Below, one piece after another: positions 23,196-35,700 of a stretch of 64,000 nucleotides of DNA. How positions within the stretch are numbered: position 1 is the first letter of the stretch; every line of letters starts with the position of its first letter. Under the pieces are notes generated by a model. The model worked only from the letters and a program-made list of their open reading frames with translations, was not told the DNA's origin and made no database searches. The translations under genes and the position numbers were made by a program. This DNA comes from Azolla caroliniana (taxonomy: Eukaryota > Plantae > Polypodiophyta): contig JBHGNT010000020.1 of NCBI GenBank assembly GCA_043228905.1, positions 4,650,001 to 4,714,000 on the forward strand, given 5' to 3'.

Positions 23196-26100
23196 TGTTG
23201 GGAATATGTCCCTCTAGTGTGAGGAAGATCCGACCGTCAGGAAAGCTGACAGTTGAGGAGCCGAGTTGATGAGGGACTCGGCCGAGGCCGAAACTGGAAT
23301 CATGTAAATAGCCACCTTGGGAGACTATGTCCCTCCAGTGGGAGGAAGATCCGATCGTCAAGAAAGCCGACAGTTGAGGAGCTGAGTTGATGAGGGACTC
23401 GGCCGAGGCCGATAGACCAAGGCCGAAACCGGAATCGTGTAAATAGCCAACTCGGGAGACTATATTTGTAAATAGTCTAAGTGTGCACCCCATGAGGGCT
23501 ACGTATGTAAATAACCAAAAAGTTGCGTAAGTATATATGCAACTAGGGCAAACTTTATGATGTGTACAGAAATTGTAGTGTGTGGGATAGCAAAAGAGAG
23601 ACAGAGACAGAGACAGAGAAAGAGACAGAGATAGAGTGTGTGTGTGTGTTAGCCGCGCCATAGAAGTGTGAGTAATAGCAGACGCAAAGAGCCCTGCATG
23701 GCTGATATACTCGATAGAGTGTTGTAACCTTCTCGCAATTGTATATCCAATAGTTATAGTGAAGAATCTGTTCCCGTGGTTTTCTCCCGTTTTAGGGTTT
23801 CCACATAAATCTCTGTGCACTCTTGTTTATCTTGTCTTTCTGGCATTTCTGTAATTCGTATTTCAGCTACGTCTGATTATTGTGATTAATTCCACAATGA
23901 TTGCTCAACAAACTTGTATCAAAGCTTGAGGTGCAAGCATGGAAGGAGGTGTGAGCGGTTTCCCAGGAATGATAGTTCTCAACTCACAGAACTATGCAGA
24001 CTAGAAGATCAAGATGGAGGACCTTCTCATAGTTAAAGACCTGTACGAGCCAGTGGACAAAGCAGAAATACCCAGGGGGGTATTGGTGTCGGACTGGAAG
24101 CTCCTAAACAGAAAGGCCGTGGCCACAATCCGACAATGTGTCGATGTAAGTGTCCTTCAACATGTGGCGAACAACACGAATGCCCACAAGATGTGGTAGA
24201 AGTTGTCAGGTCTTTATGAGAGGAAGAACGCGCTCAATAGAACCTCGCTGATGAGAAAAATCGTACGGCTGAAATACAGGGATGGTGAGAGTATCGTCGA
24301 ACACATCAGCACGTTTATGGGGTATGTAAATCAACTTGTTGTGACCAAGTTTCCCCTGGATGACGCAATACAGGCCATCCTACTGATGTGCACACTCCTA
24401 GAAAGCTGGGAGAACCTGGTGGTTACTCTAAGCATCTCCTGTCAAGAAGAGACCTTGTCTTTATAGACGGTGAAGACAAGCATCCTAAACGAGGAGGCAA
24501 GGAGGAAAGACAAAGGAGTCCTATCCCAAACGGAGTCGAATCTGAGTCAACATATGGACAGAGGAAGGGACCGGCGAAGAAGAATTCCGTAGCGAACGGA
24601 CAAATCCCACACAAGATCGAAGTCCAGAGGTAAGCCTGTGTGCTTCTATTGCGGAAAACCTGGACACTTCCAGAAGGATTGCCGACACATGAGAAAAGAC
24701 AAGAGTGTCGGAAATAATGTCGAACCCCGGAAGATTCCGGATGAAAAGAACACTTCGGCCATTGCTATGAGCAATGAGGAACTTCTGTTCATCTGTGAAC
24801 AGACAAGTGCAAATCTTGCAAGCGAAGAGTGCACTTGGGTGATCGACTCCGGCGCATCCTTTCACATTACTCCGTCGAGAGAGTACTTCTCGACTTACAT
24901 AGTCGGGGATCATGGCTATGTAAAGATGGGTGATAGTGGAGAGTGCAAGATAACCGAAGTCGGAAGTGTATGCTTAACGACGTCAACAGGGTGTCGACTG
25001 ACGTTGAAGGATGTTCGACACGTCCCCGATATCAGATTGAATCTAATATCAACTGGAGGCTTGATTATGAAGGCTACAGTGGTAGCTTTCGGAATGGCAA
25101 GTGGAAGTTCTGCCGAGGAAATCTGATAGTGGCCCGAGCACAGAAAGAAGGCACATTGTACATGATGCATGCTCGACTGTGCAAATCGGAAGTAAACGTG
25201 GCAGCCGACTCGGCAGGGGAGATATGGCATAAGAGGCTAGGCCACATGAGGGAGAAGGGAATGCACCTGTTAGCAGACCAGAAACTTCTACCAAAAGTCA
25301 AGGGAGTGCACCTGGAGAAGTGTGTCGACTGCTTAGCTGGAAAGCAGAACAAGGTGGCATTCCACACAAGACCACCGAGGAGAAGAGATGTTGCACTAGA
25401 ACTAGTGCACACGGATGTGTGCTATGTGGATGCTCCATCGCATCGAGGAGGACAGTACTTCGTAACGTTTATTGACGACTACAGTCGGAAAACATGGGCC
25501 TTCATACTGAAGTCGAAGGATCAAGTACTGTCGGTTTTCAAGGAGTTCCAGGCAAGAACCGAAAGAGAATCAAGTCGGAAACTGAAGGTTGTCCGAACCG
25601 ACAACGGTGACAAGTACAAAGGGCAGTTCGAGGAATACTGCAAGTGTCAAGGTATTCAAATCGAATACACAGTGCCAAAGACCCCAGAGTTGAACAGGCT
25701 TGCAGAGAGGATGAATCGAACGATCATGGAGAGAGTGAGGAGCATGCTCTCTCATGCGAAACTACCGAAATCCTATTGGGCTGAGGCGATGTACACAGCT
25801 ATTTATTCTATCAACAGGTCTCCCTCGGTACCTCTAAAGGGTGATGTCCCACAGAGGGTGTGGATAGGGAAGGATGTCGGATGTTTGGCGTATATGCACG
25901 TACCAAAGGATCAGAGGTCTAAGCTCGACAGCAAGTCAAAAGCATGCATATTTATGGGATACTCGGAAGATGAGTTCGGCTACAGGTTGGGGGACTTAGT
26001 CGACAAGAAGGTAGTGAGAAGTCAGGATGTAGTCTTTCTAGAAAACAAGACAATTGAAGACTAGAAGCAACAGAAGTCGGAACCGACTCCCCAGTCAACC

Positions 26101-29100
26101 TCAACTACCATAGACTTAAAGGCCAAATGTGTCGTCACTGACAGCTGTAAGGAGACAACTGGCCGACAAAGCCGAATTCTAGTCAGTCGACTCGGAAAGA
26201 CCGACGGACTATGAGTCAGAGTCAGCAGACCTGCTAAAATCAATTGAGGAATATGAGTTGGATCTGTCCAACCTGGAGATGCCGATTAATGAAAAATCCC
26301 AAGCAAAGAGAAGAGTTGGCAGAGACATCTGGAAAAGACCCAACAGCGAGTGGACGAAGGTACCCACTCAGAGAAAGGAAGGCACCGATTACATATGCCA
26401 GTCAATACATCCTCTTGACTGATGACAGTGAACCGGAGTGCTTTGAAGAAGCCATTGCCGACGAGAGCAAAGGAAAATGGCTGAACGCGATGCAAGTGGA
26501 GATGGAATCTTTGCACGTGAATTACACCGATGACCTAGTAGAGCTGCCGAAAGGTAAGAGAGCACTCAAAAATAAATGGGTCTACAAAGTGAAGACTGGA
26601 GAAGTCGACAGCGAGCCCAAGTATAAAGCCCGCATAGTGGTGAAGGGGTTCCAACAGAGGAAGGGCGTCGACTTTGATGAGATATTCACACCAGTCGTGA
26701 AGATGACATCGATTCGAATTGTTCTAAGCATAGCGACCAGCATGGATCTGGAGATCGAACAGTTGGATGTCAAAACCGCATTTCTGCACAGGGAGCTAGA
26801 AGAAGAAATCTAGATGCAGCAACCCGAAGGCTTTGAGGAGAAAGGGAAAGAGAATCTGGTGTGTCGACTGAGGAAAAGCTTGTACGGACTGAAACAAGAT
26901 CCATGCCAATGGTACAAGAAGTTTGATTCCTTCATGATGGAACATCGGTTCCAGAAAACACAGGCCGATCACTATGTGTTCGTCAAAAGGTACAAGGAAG
27001 GAGATTTCTTGATTCTCTTGCTATATGTTGATGATATGTTGATAGTCGGTCAAGACACAAGGAAGATTGGAAGCTTGAAGAAAGCTCTCGCCAAATCATT
27101 TGCCATGAAAGACCTTGGACCAGCAAAGCAAATCCTAGGAATGCACATAACCCTAGACAGAGCTCGGAAGGTGCTATGGTTGTCACAACAGAAGTATGTG
27201 ACGAAGATCCTAGAGAGGTTCAACATGTTGAATGCAAAGCCGGTCGGCTCAGTGCTGCCGACAAATTGCAAACTAAATGTGAAGCAGTGTCTGAAAGGGC
27301 AGAAGGAGATGAAGAAGGTACCATATGCCTCAATCGTCGGCAATCTAATGTATGCTATGGTCTGTACAAGACCGGACATAGCATTTGTTGTGGGAGTAGT
27401 AAGCCGATATATGAGTAATCCAGGGAGAGATGATTGGGCAGCGGTAAAATGGATACTCAGGTACTTAAAGGGCACCTCGGCGGTGTGCCTAAGGTATGGT
27501 GTCGGAAAACCTGTGCTGGAAGGTTTTACCGATTCGGACATGTCAGGAGATGTCGACTGAAGCCGATCCACGTTGTCGTGCCTTTCGACTCCGGATCATT
27601 GCGTGAGTCGAGTGAGAACCGTTGGGGTTTTGGACTAGGAGGAAAGAAAATTCTTAGGAAATTAAGAATATGAAATATATTGTAAGAAAGAAAGATATGA
27701 AAACCTCGTGAATCCCACGAGTATAGTGTATTAGTGAGTAATCAAATTAAGAGAGAATAGTTAGCAAATTCGTGAATCCCACGATTATCTTATATTAATC
27801 AACCCTTGTAAAATAATCAACAACCTCTATACATCTTTCTCTCTTCCTTATATAGTGTTGGAAGAGTCTAAGTTCATCCCATGCAAGCATCATGCTTTTT
27901 CTATCTTTAGTTTCATGCACACTGCATGTGCATGATTAGCTTTCTATCTCATCTTTTCTTTTCACTCGAGTGTCTATGCATGAATAACTTTTGTACCATG
28001 CATGTCTAGAAATTTTACATGGGATAAAGTTTAGTATAACTTTAAAATTCATAATACCCTACTATAATGATAAGGCTTAACATTATTAACATGGAGGTGC
28101 AAGGTTCGAATCTTGCCCTATGCATGTAATATATATTTTTTATACTTTCTTCTATTTACAAATACGTCTCTTCATCCGGTGAGACTCTCACCGGCCTTCT
28201 TCATCCGGCTCTTTCCGGTTCTGCTTCATCCGGTGCTTGATAGTTTTCTTTGTCCGGTTCTTACCGGGACCTCCTTACCGATCTCTTCATCCGTTTCTCA
28301 CCAACTCTCACCGGCCTTCTTCATCCGGCTCTTGCCGGGTCTCCTTGCCGGTTTCGGTCCTTACCGGTTCCTTCTTCCGGTTCTCACCGGGTACTCCATG
28401 TCCTATCCGGAGAGACCAAAAATGTAATTTTTCACGTAGTGTACGAATTACACTACGACAACGTCAGGGTACGTGATGACCTATGCAAGGGGAGCAATGT
28501 CGTGGCAGTCACAACTGCAGAAGTCTGTCGCCTTGTCAACTACAGAGGCAGAGTATATGGCAGTGGTAGAGGCCGGAAAAGAGTTGATCTGGATGAGAAA
28601 TTTTCTCACCGAACTAGGGATGAAGCAAAAAGAGTTCTTGCTTCATTGTGACAACCAAAGCGCCATACACCTAGCTAAGAATGTGGCATACCATTCCTGG
28701 ACCAAGCACATACAGAGAAGGTATTACTGGTTATGGGAGAGAGTCGAAGAAGGAGAGTTCTCTGTCGAAAAGATCCATACTGACGACAATGGATCCGACT
28801 TGCTGACGAAGAACCTACCTTTGAACAGACTCAAAGTCTATCGATAGAATACAGGACTGACAGATTTCCACCCACAGGAGTGAAGGGGGGGTTTGTTGGG
28901 AATATGTCCCTCCAGTGGGAGGAAGATCCGACCATCAGGAAAGCTGACAGTCGAGGAGCCAAGTTGATGAGGGACTCGGGAGAGGCCTATCGGCCTCGAC
29001 CGAAACCGGAATCGTGTAAATAGCCAACTCGGGAGACTATGTCCCTCCAGTGGGAGGAAGATCCAACTGTCAAGAAAGCCGATAGTCGAGGAGCCAAGTT

Positions 29101-29584
29101 GATGAGGGACTCGGCCGAGGCCGAAACCGGAATCATGTAAATAGCCAACCCGGGAGAATATATTTGTAAATAGTCTAAGTGTGCGCCCCATGAGGGCTAC
29201 GCATGTAAATAACCAGAAAGTTGCGTAAGTATATATGCAACTAGTGCAAACTTTATGATGTGTACAGAAATTGTAGTGCGCAGGATAGCGAAAGAGACAG
29301 AGACAGAGACAAAGTGTGTGTGTGAGCCGCGCCATAGTTGTGTGAGTAACAACAGACGCGAAGAGCCCTGTGTGGCTGATACACTCAACAGAGTGTTGTA
29401 ACCTTCTCGCTATTGTATATCCACTAGTTATAGTGAAGAATCTATTCCCATGGTTTTCTCCCGTTTTAGGGTTTCCACGTAAATCTCTGTGCACACTTGT
29501 TTTTCTTGTCTTTTTGACATTTTTATAATTCGTATTTCAACTTCGTCTGATTATTGCGATTAATTCCACAACGATTTCTCAACA
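23196..29584 (+). mobile_element. Full-length decayed Tnt1/Tork-like copia (LTRs 23196-23910 and 28894-29584)
   Basis: LTR pair, TSD CTTCA/CTTTA, degenerate iMet PBS, gag CFYCGKPGHFQKDC, DSGAS protease, integrase, RT, RNase H. Confidence 0.93.
27574..28460 (-). mobile_element. Solo LTR of the TGTCGT...ACGACA gypsy family inserted in copia RNase H
   Basis: Perfect 4-bp TSD ACGT splitting RST|SGYVMTY. Reverse-collinear with 1575-2645 (CCGG repeats, tRNA-like block, CATG repeats, TATA). Confidence 0.88.
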
Positions 29585-29589
29585 CTTTA

Positions 29590-32475
29590 GTGTCCTTCGT
29601 AGCCTCTGGTATTGCCATATTGGCCCCAGGAACACCTTTCCAATCCGGTTGGCCTACTTGGCCCCCATCATCCACCATAACGCTCCATTCGACCACTTCG
29701 GTACCTCGCCTGCTATGACCTCTGACTCCTCGTCGCCACCCTCTATCTCTCCGGTCTTTCATTGATCCGCAACCGCCAAAGTTTTGAGATTAGGTATGGA
29801 GGCTTCTTTCCGTCCTCGGTTCTTCTCTTCGTGGTCATCATGCTCGCTCAACCTCCTCTCCATGTTCACCGGCCTCAACTGCTTCAACCACTGACTGGGC
29901 CGGCTTGACTTCTATCTAGATTGGTCATGGCTGATCATCTTCCGGTTTAGTTAGTTTTTGTCCAGGCCCTCTTTCGGTTGAGTTGGATTCGGCTGAACGG
30001 TATCCGACCGAATGGTTTTGATCGAGTCAGCCTTCTTCCTATTTGGATTCGACCGATCGGTTTTGGTTAAGTCGGCCCCTTTTCGGATCGGATCCGGCCC
30101 GATCACCTTCTGATCGAATCGGCTTCCGACTCCCTATACCTTGTCGCCTCCTACCTCTTCATCAAGGTCTACCGCAGCTTCGACCTTGGCCTCCTCACAG
30201 GACATCTCCTTTCCTCCGTTTTTGATGCCTTCATGCCATGCCTCCTCGCTACCACCTCCCATCTCCTCAGTCTCACGTTGGCACATGGGCACAACTGTCG
30301 AAGTCTCCGGAACCGGTGTTGAGGGATCCTCTTGTCCGCAATCAACCCTCGTCATCCTTGTCTCTATCTCGTGCCTCCGCTTTCCCACCACCACCTTCCG
30401 TCTCTCTGGTCTCACGTTGGTCTCGAGCACAACCACCGCAATCTCTAGAACTGGTGTGGGGAAAGTTTCGGCACTATCGCTCGCCGACCCCTTCTCCATA
30501 GTCACCCCGTTGACATCGTTGTCCGAGGCTATTTGCTCCTCTCCATCCCTGATCGCAAGCCTCGACTATGCTTGCATCTCCTCTGCTTGATGTTCCGGAC
30601 AATCGTGTCCCGAAACATCCGTCGTCTTCCGAAGCGGCCTCCATCGCTCCACTGTTCCCGGTCTTCTCCTCAGCCTTCTTTCCTCCACTAGACGAGAGGG
30701 TGACTTGGTCCACACCCTCTCCTATGGTACCTTCATACCATGCTCCTCCGTATAGGCCCCGTCCTTCTTACCCAAGGAGGCGACTTCCTCCTCATCCTCC
30801 AGTCCTTTCGAGTCCAATTGTGTATCGGACCTTTCTTTGTCATTGACCATTGTCCTCAAGATCTCGTAAGCTTCCCTGATCAAGGCTTCAATGTCAAGCA
30901 CCGTCCAACCCTCCCGCAGCGCACCCTCTTCCTATTATGATGTCACGTCGTCACACGTCACCCTCTTTTGACCGCTCACAGGTCGTGTCGTGTCCAGCAA
31001 GGGTCTCATCCGCTTCTTGCCCGTTGGCATACCTTCTCAACTTCTATCCAGTCCTTGGTGAGGTCATTTGCAACATCGTCTTCTTCAAGTTCGAGCTAGA
31101 TGGCCATATATTCCTTTTGTTTGATCAACTTTACAAATAAGAGGACCTTATCCACCCCCACCAGTCTTTGTTCCTGCTCCAATAGCCAAGCAAAGCGCCA
31201 CTCGAACTCTAGGAATTCTTTCATCACGCTTCAATGGGCCTTCGTCGATGCCACCCACTGGTCGAACTTGTGTCGGCCTCGTCCCTTCGGCCTCTCATAG
31301 CCAATGCCTCCAACAACGCATCTTGGAAGGCCTCCCATGAACTATGAGCTTCTTAAAGCCTCTTTACCTCCCCGTGTATACGTACAACCACCACCCGATA
31401 GAAGTACTCTAGCCTCATCACCTCATCCACATCCTTTATCGTCATCTCGGCATTTTAGGCTTCCAAATAGAATGGGACTCTGTCCCTATTGAAACGGTCG
31501 ACTTGATCAACCACACACTTGATAGCTTGTTGCGTCGCATCTCCTTTCAACTTCGCCCGTCTGAAGTCCACCACTATCCTTGTCTTCACCTCCGCGAAGT
31601 CTTTGTCTTCCATCCTCTTCCTCCCCTCCTGCCCTTTCACGTTTGGTTCACCAAAAGATGTCGCGGATATCTGCAGCTTGCGGATCGGCTCAAGCGGAAC
31701 CACCGGGATCCTGAACCAGGGAGAAACGGTGACAGGAGAACCAAGCTTCATCGGTATCTAGTGCCGGATGCAACCGATTGAGAGAGGGGGAGGGATACAT
31801 TCAAAGATACCACTAAAGAGAGAGGGAGAGGGAGAATGACTAACAGGTACAAACACGATACGTAAGGCTATATATTCATATATGCATTTAACAAGAATGA
31901 TTACACCCACGGCATCGAGCCGATCAATACCGAAGTGGGGTACTACAACCCAACAGGCAAGCCACCAGTCGGGGAGCTCTCGGACTCCCAACCACGAATG
32001 GAGGCCTTGCACCGTAGTCGGAGTAGGAAAAACAAAACCCTAATGTTGCTCCCCAAAAGACCAAAATCCCCCCCTCATGAAGAGCCCCCTCACCTCCTTT
32101 TATAGTCCAAGAAGGGAGGGACCTTACAACAAAGGGGCCAAAATATTCCCCTCCTTTTTAAGAGGAGGATATATGCCTCAATTTTAGGAGAATGGTACAT
32201 TAACTCCCCTTTAATCTCTTACACTCACCACCACTACCTACTACCTACCTTACAACGTGTGTATGTGCACCAAAGGACACATCACATCTACCTCTCTAAC
32301 CCTTTGGTGCACTTTAGCACCTTGCATTCCCCCCCACCCTTCTTTATTTATTGTTATTTACAATTTTTCGTATGTGCATGTGCAAGTCGTTGCACATCTT
32401 CGTTCTTGCCCATTTCCCTAGATTTTCCCACCGTTACCGAGGGATCGGGTTCATGCCAGTCGGCGATGGATGTCA
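29590..32475 (-). mobile_element. 5' part of a decayed gypsy-type element (putative LTR about 31769-32475, PBS-like (C)GGCACTAGA, gag remnant); continues at 23158-23190
   Basis: TGACATCC...GGTTGCA termini on minus strand, CTATAAAAGG TATA, gag-like VPFYLEA..EM..RLEYF..W.AF..AL. Frame EATKDT|EVENTDTN is continuous across the copia insertion. Confidence 0.6.
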
Positions 32476-32512
32476 CTATTTTTGAAAATATGTCTTTATA
32501 GCACTATGTACC

Positions 32513-32723
32513 TGACGGGAACTAAAACACTCCTTATGCGCAACGCTTGGCCACAACCGAGCTTAGAATCATACACAGAAAACTGGAAATAAATGCACGA
32601 CACAAAGAAGAGGAGAGTACACAGGATGTTTACATGGAAAACCCAAACTAAGGGAAAAACCACGGTAGCCCATGGGCTGCAAACTATCACTATGTTAGAA
32701 TGTACAACAGAGGCAACGACCTC

Positions 32724-32775
<52 letters not shown>

Positions 32776-35700
32776 CACAGTTACGCGCTCTGATCTCACG
32801 CAGACAAGAATAACGACAACAACAATCTTTTCACAAGTTTGCCCTAAGTCATATTTATACTAATATGACTTTTCGGCTATTTACCAATATAGCCTCGATG
32901 GACTCTCAAAAACATATTTACGAATATGTCTCTTCATCCGGTGAGCACTCCTCACCGGGTCTTCACCATCCGGCTCTCCGTAGCCAGGTTCTCCTCATCC
33001 GGTTCTCACCGGTTCTGCACCATCCAGCTCTCCGTAGCCGGGTACTCCTCATCCGGTTCTCACCGGGTCTTCACCATCCGGCTCTCCGTAGCCAGGTTCT
33101 CCTCATCCGGTTCTCACCGGGTCTTCACCATCCGGCTCTCCGTAGCCGGGTACTCCTCATCCGGAGGGACCTATCTCCAAACAAACTCCCCCTTCACTCC
33201 AGCATGGGGTGTCTTACTAGTCCGATCCGCTTCCGGCATGCATCCAGCTTGTCGGGTATCAACACTTTGGTCAACATATCTGACCCGTTCTCGGCCGTGT
33301 GGATCTTTGTCAGCGCGAACTCCTGGTCATCTACTCTTTCCCGGATCCAGTGATACCTTCGCTGGATATGCTTTGTCCGGGAATGGTAGGCCACATTCTT
33401 AACAAGGTGGATGGCACTTTGACTGTCGCAATAGAGCCGGTATTCATCTTGCCGGATACCGAGCTCTCCGATGAAGTCCCTCATCCATAATATTTCCTTG
33501 CCGGCTTCCACAGCCGCCATGTACTCCGCCTCCGTGGTTGACAATGCAACCGTCTTCTGCAGCCTCGGCTGCCACGAAACAGCTCCCCCTGCATATGTCA
33601 TTGTTGGGAGACAGGTCCCTCCGGATGGGAAGGGAGAAGAACAGTGTCGATAAACAAACTCGGCTGAGGCCGAAACCGGATGAGGAGTACTCGGCTACGA
33701 AGAGTCGGATGATACAGACCCGGTGAAAACCGGATGAGGAGTACCCGGCTACAGAGAGCCGGATGGTGCAGGCCCGGTGAGGAGTACTCGGCTACGGAGA
33801 GCCGGATGATACAGACCAGGTGAAGACCGGATGAGGAGTACCCGGCTACGGAGAACCGGATGGTACAAACCCAGTGAGAACCGGATGGAGAGACATATTC
33901 GTAAATATGTTTCTGAGAGTCCATCGAGGCTATATTTGTAAATAGCCAAAAAGTCATATTAGTATAAATATGACTTAGGGCAAATTTTTTGTTGTGGTTG
34001 TCATTCTTGTTGTTGCAAGAATAGAGTGTGTGCGTAACTGTACAGAGAGAGAGAGAGAGAGAGAAAGAGGTCGTTGCCTCTGTTGTAACCGCCGCCTGTG
34101 GCGAAGATCTGTGAGCACGAGGTCGGTGCCTCAGTAAACTCACTGTTGTACATTTCATCATAGTGATAGTTTGCAGCCTGTGGGCTGCCGTGGTTTTTCC
34201 CTCAGTTCGGGTTTTCCACGTAAACCTCCTGTGTATTTTCTTCTTCTTTGTGTCGCGTTTTATTTCCCGCTTTCTGTGTATCATTCTAAGCTCGGTTGTC
34301 GCCGAGCATTGCGCATAAGGAACAACCAGTTCCCGTCAGTCATTACATACCCGGATGTAGACCGGCTGGTATCCACATCAGCCGACATGTCTAAATCGGT
34401 AAAACCGTCAAGTTGAGGTTTTCCGGAGCCGAATCGGAGACACATATTTGAAGTGCCCTTCATGTACCGGAGTATCCATTTGACCGCGTTCCAGTGCTCC
34501 TTGTCGGGATTGCTCATAAACCGGCTCACCACTCCGACTCCGTATCCTATATCCGGTCGGGTACACACCATTGCGTACATTAAGCTCCCGACGGCAGAGG
34601 CATATGGAATCTTCATCATATCTGCCTTCTCTGCTTTCGTCTTCGGGCTTTGCTTACCGGATAACTTGCAGTTTGTCATGTTGAACAGCTGAAGCACCTT
34701 TGTCACGTACTTCTCCTGTGACAGCCACAATTGCTTCATTGACCGGTTCCGGATGATATGCATCCCCAGCATCTGTCTTGCCGGACCCAAGTCTTTCATT
34801 GAGAAGGTCCGGTTGAGAGCCTTCTTCAGCATCCGTATTTTGACTTGGTCCCGTCCGACGATCAACATGTCGTCCACGTACAGAAGGAGTATCAGGAAGT
34901 CGCCTCCTTCAAACTTCTTCACATACACACAGTGATCGGCCTGCGTCTTGTGGTACCCTTGATCGGCCATGAAGGAGTCGAACTTCCGGTACCATTGTCG
35001 GGGAGCCTGCTTCAGTCCGTACAGGCTCTTCTTCAACCGGCATACCAGGTGCTCCTACCCTTTCTCCACGAATCCTTCCGGTTGTTGCATGTAGATCTCC
35101 TCTTCGAGGTCGCCGTGAAGGAATGTCATCTTCACGTCCAGCTGCTCTACCTTGAGGTCCATGCTTGCCGCTATACTCAGTACCGTCCGGATGGAGGTCA
35201 TCTTTACTACCGGGGCCAATATCTTGTCGAAGTCCACACCCTTCTTCTGTTGGAACCCCTTCACCACGATCCTGGCTTTGTATCTTGGGGGGTTGCCGGC
35301 ATCTCCCGGTTTCACCTTGTACACCCACTTATTTCGGAGTGCTCGCTTTCCTTTCGGCAACTTCACCAATTCGTACGTATGGTTCTCATGCAAGGAATCC
35401 ATCTCGTCCTGCATGGCACTTAACCATTTGTGGCTGTGGGTGTCATCCTTCGCTTCTTCGAAGCTTTCTGGCTCCCCCTCATCGGTTAGTAGCAGATGCT
35501 CTGCATCCGGAAATCTCCGGGGGGCCCTTCTCTCTCTGAGAGGATATCTCCGTCTCTAGGCTTTGGTAACCGGCTCCTCTATTTCTTCTTCATCCGAATC
35601 CAATTCGGGGTCTTGGCCGGTTCCGGTATCAGCTTCCTCTACTTCTTCTTCTACCGGTTCGGTATCCTCACCATAACCTGCTGGTTCCTCGAGTGCTAAC

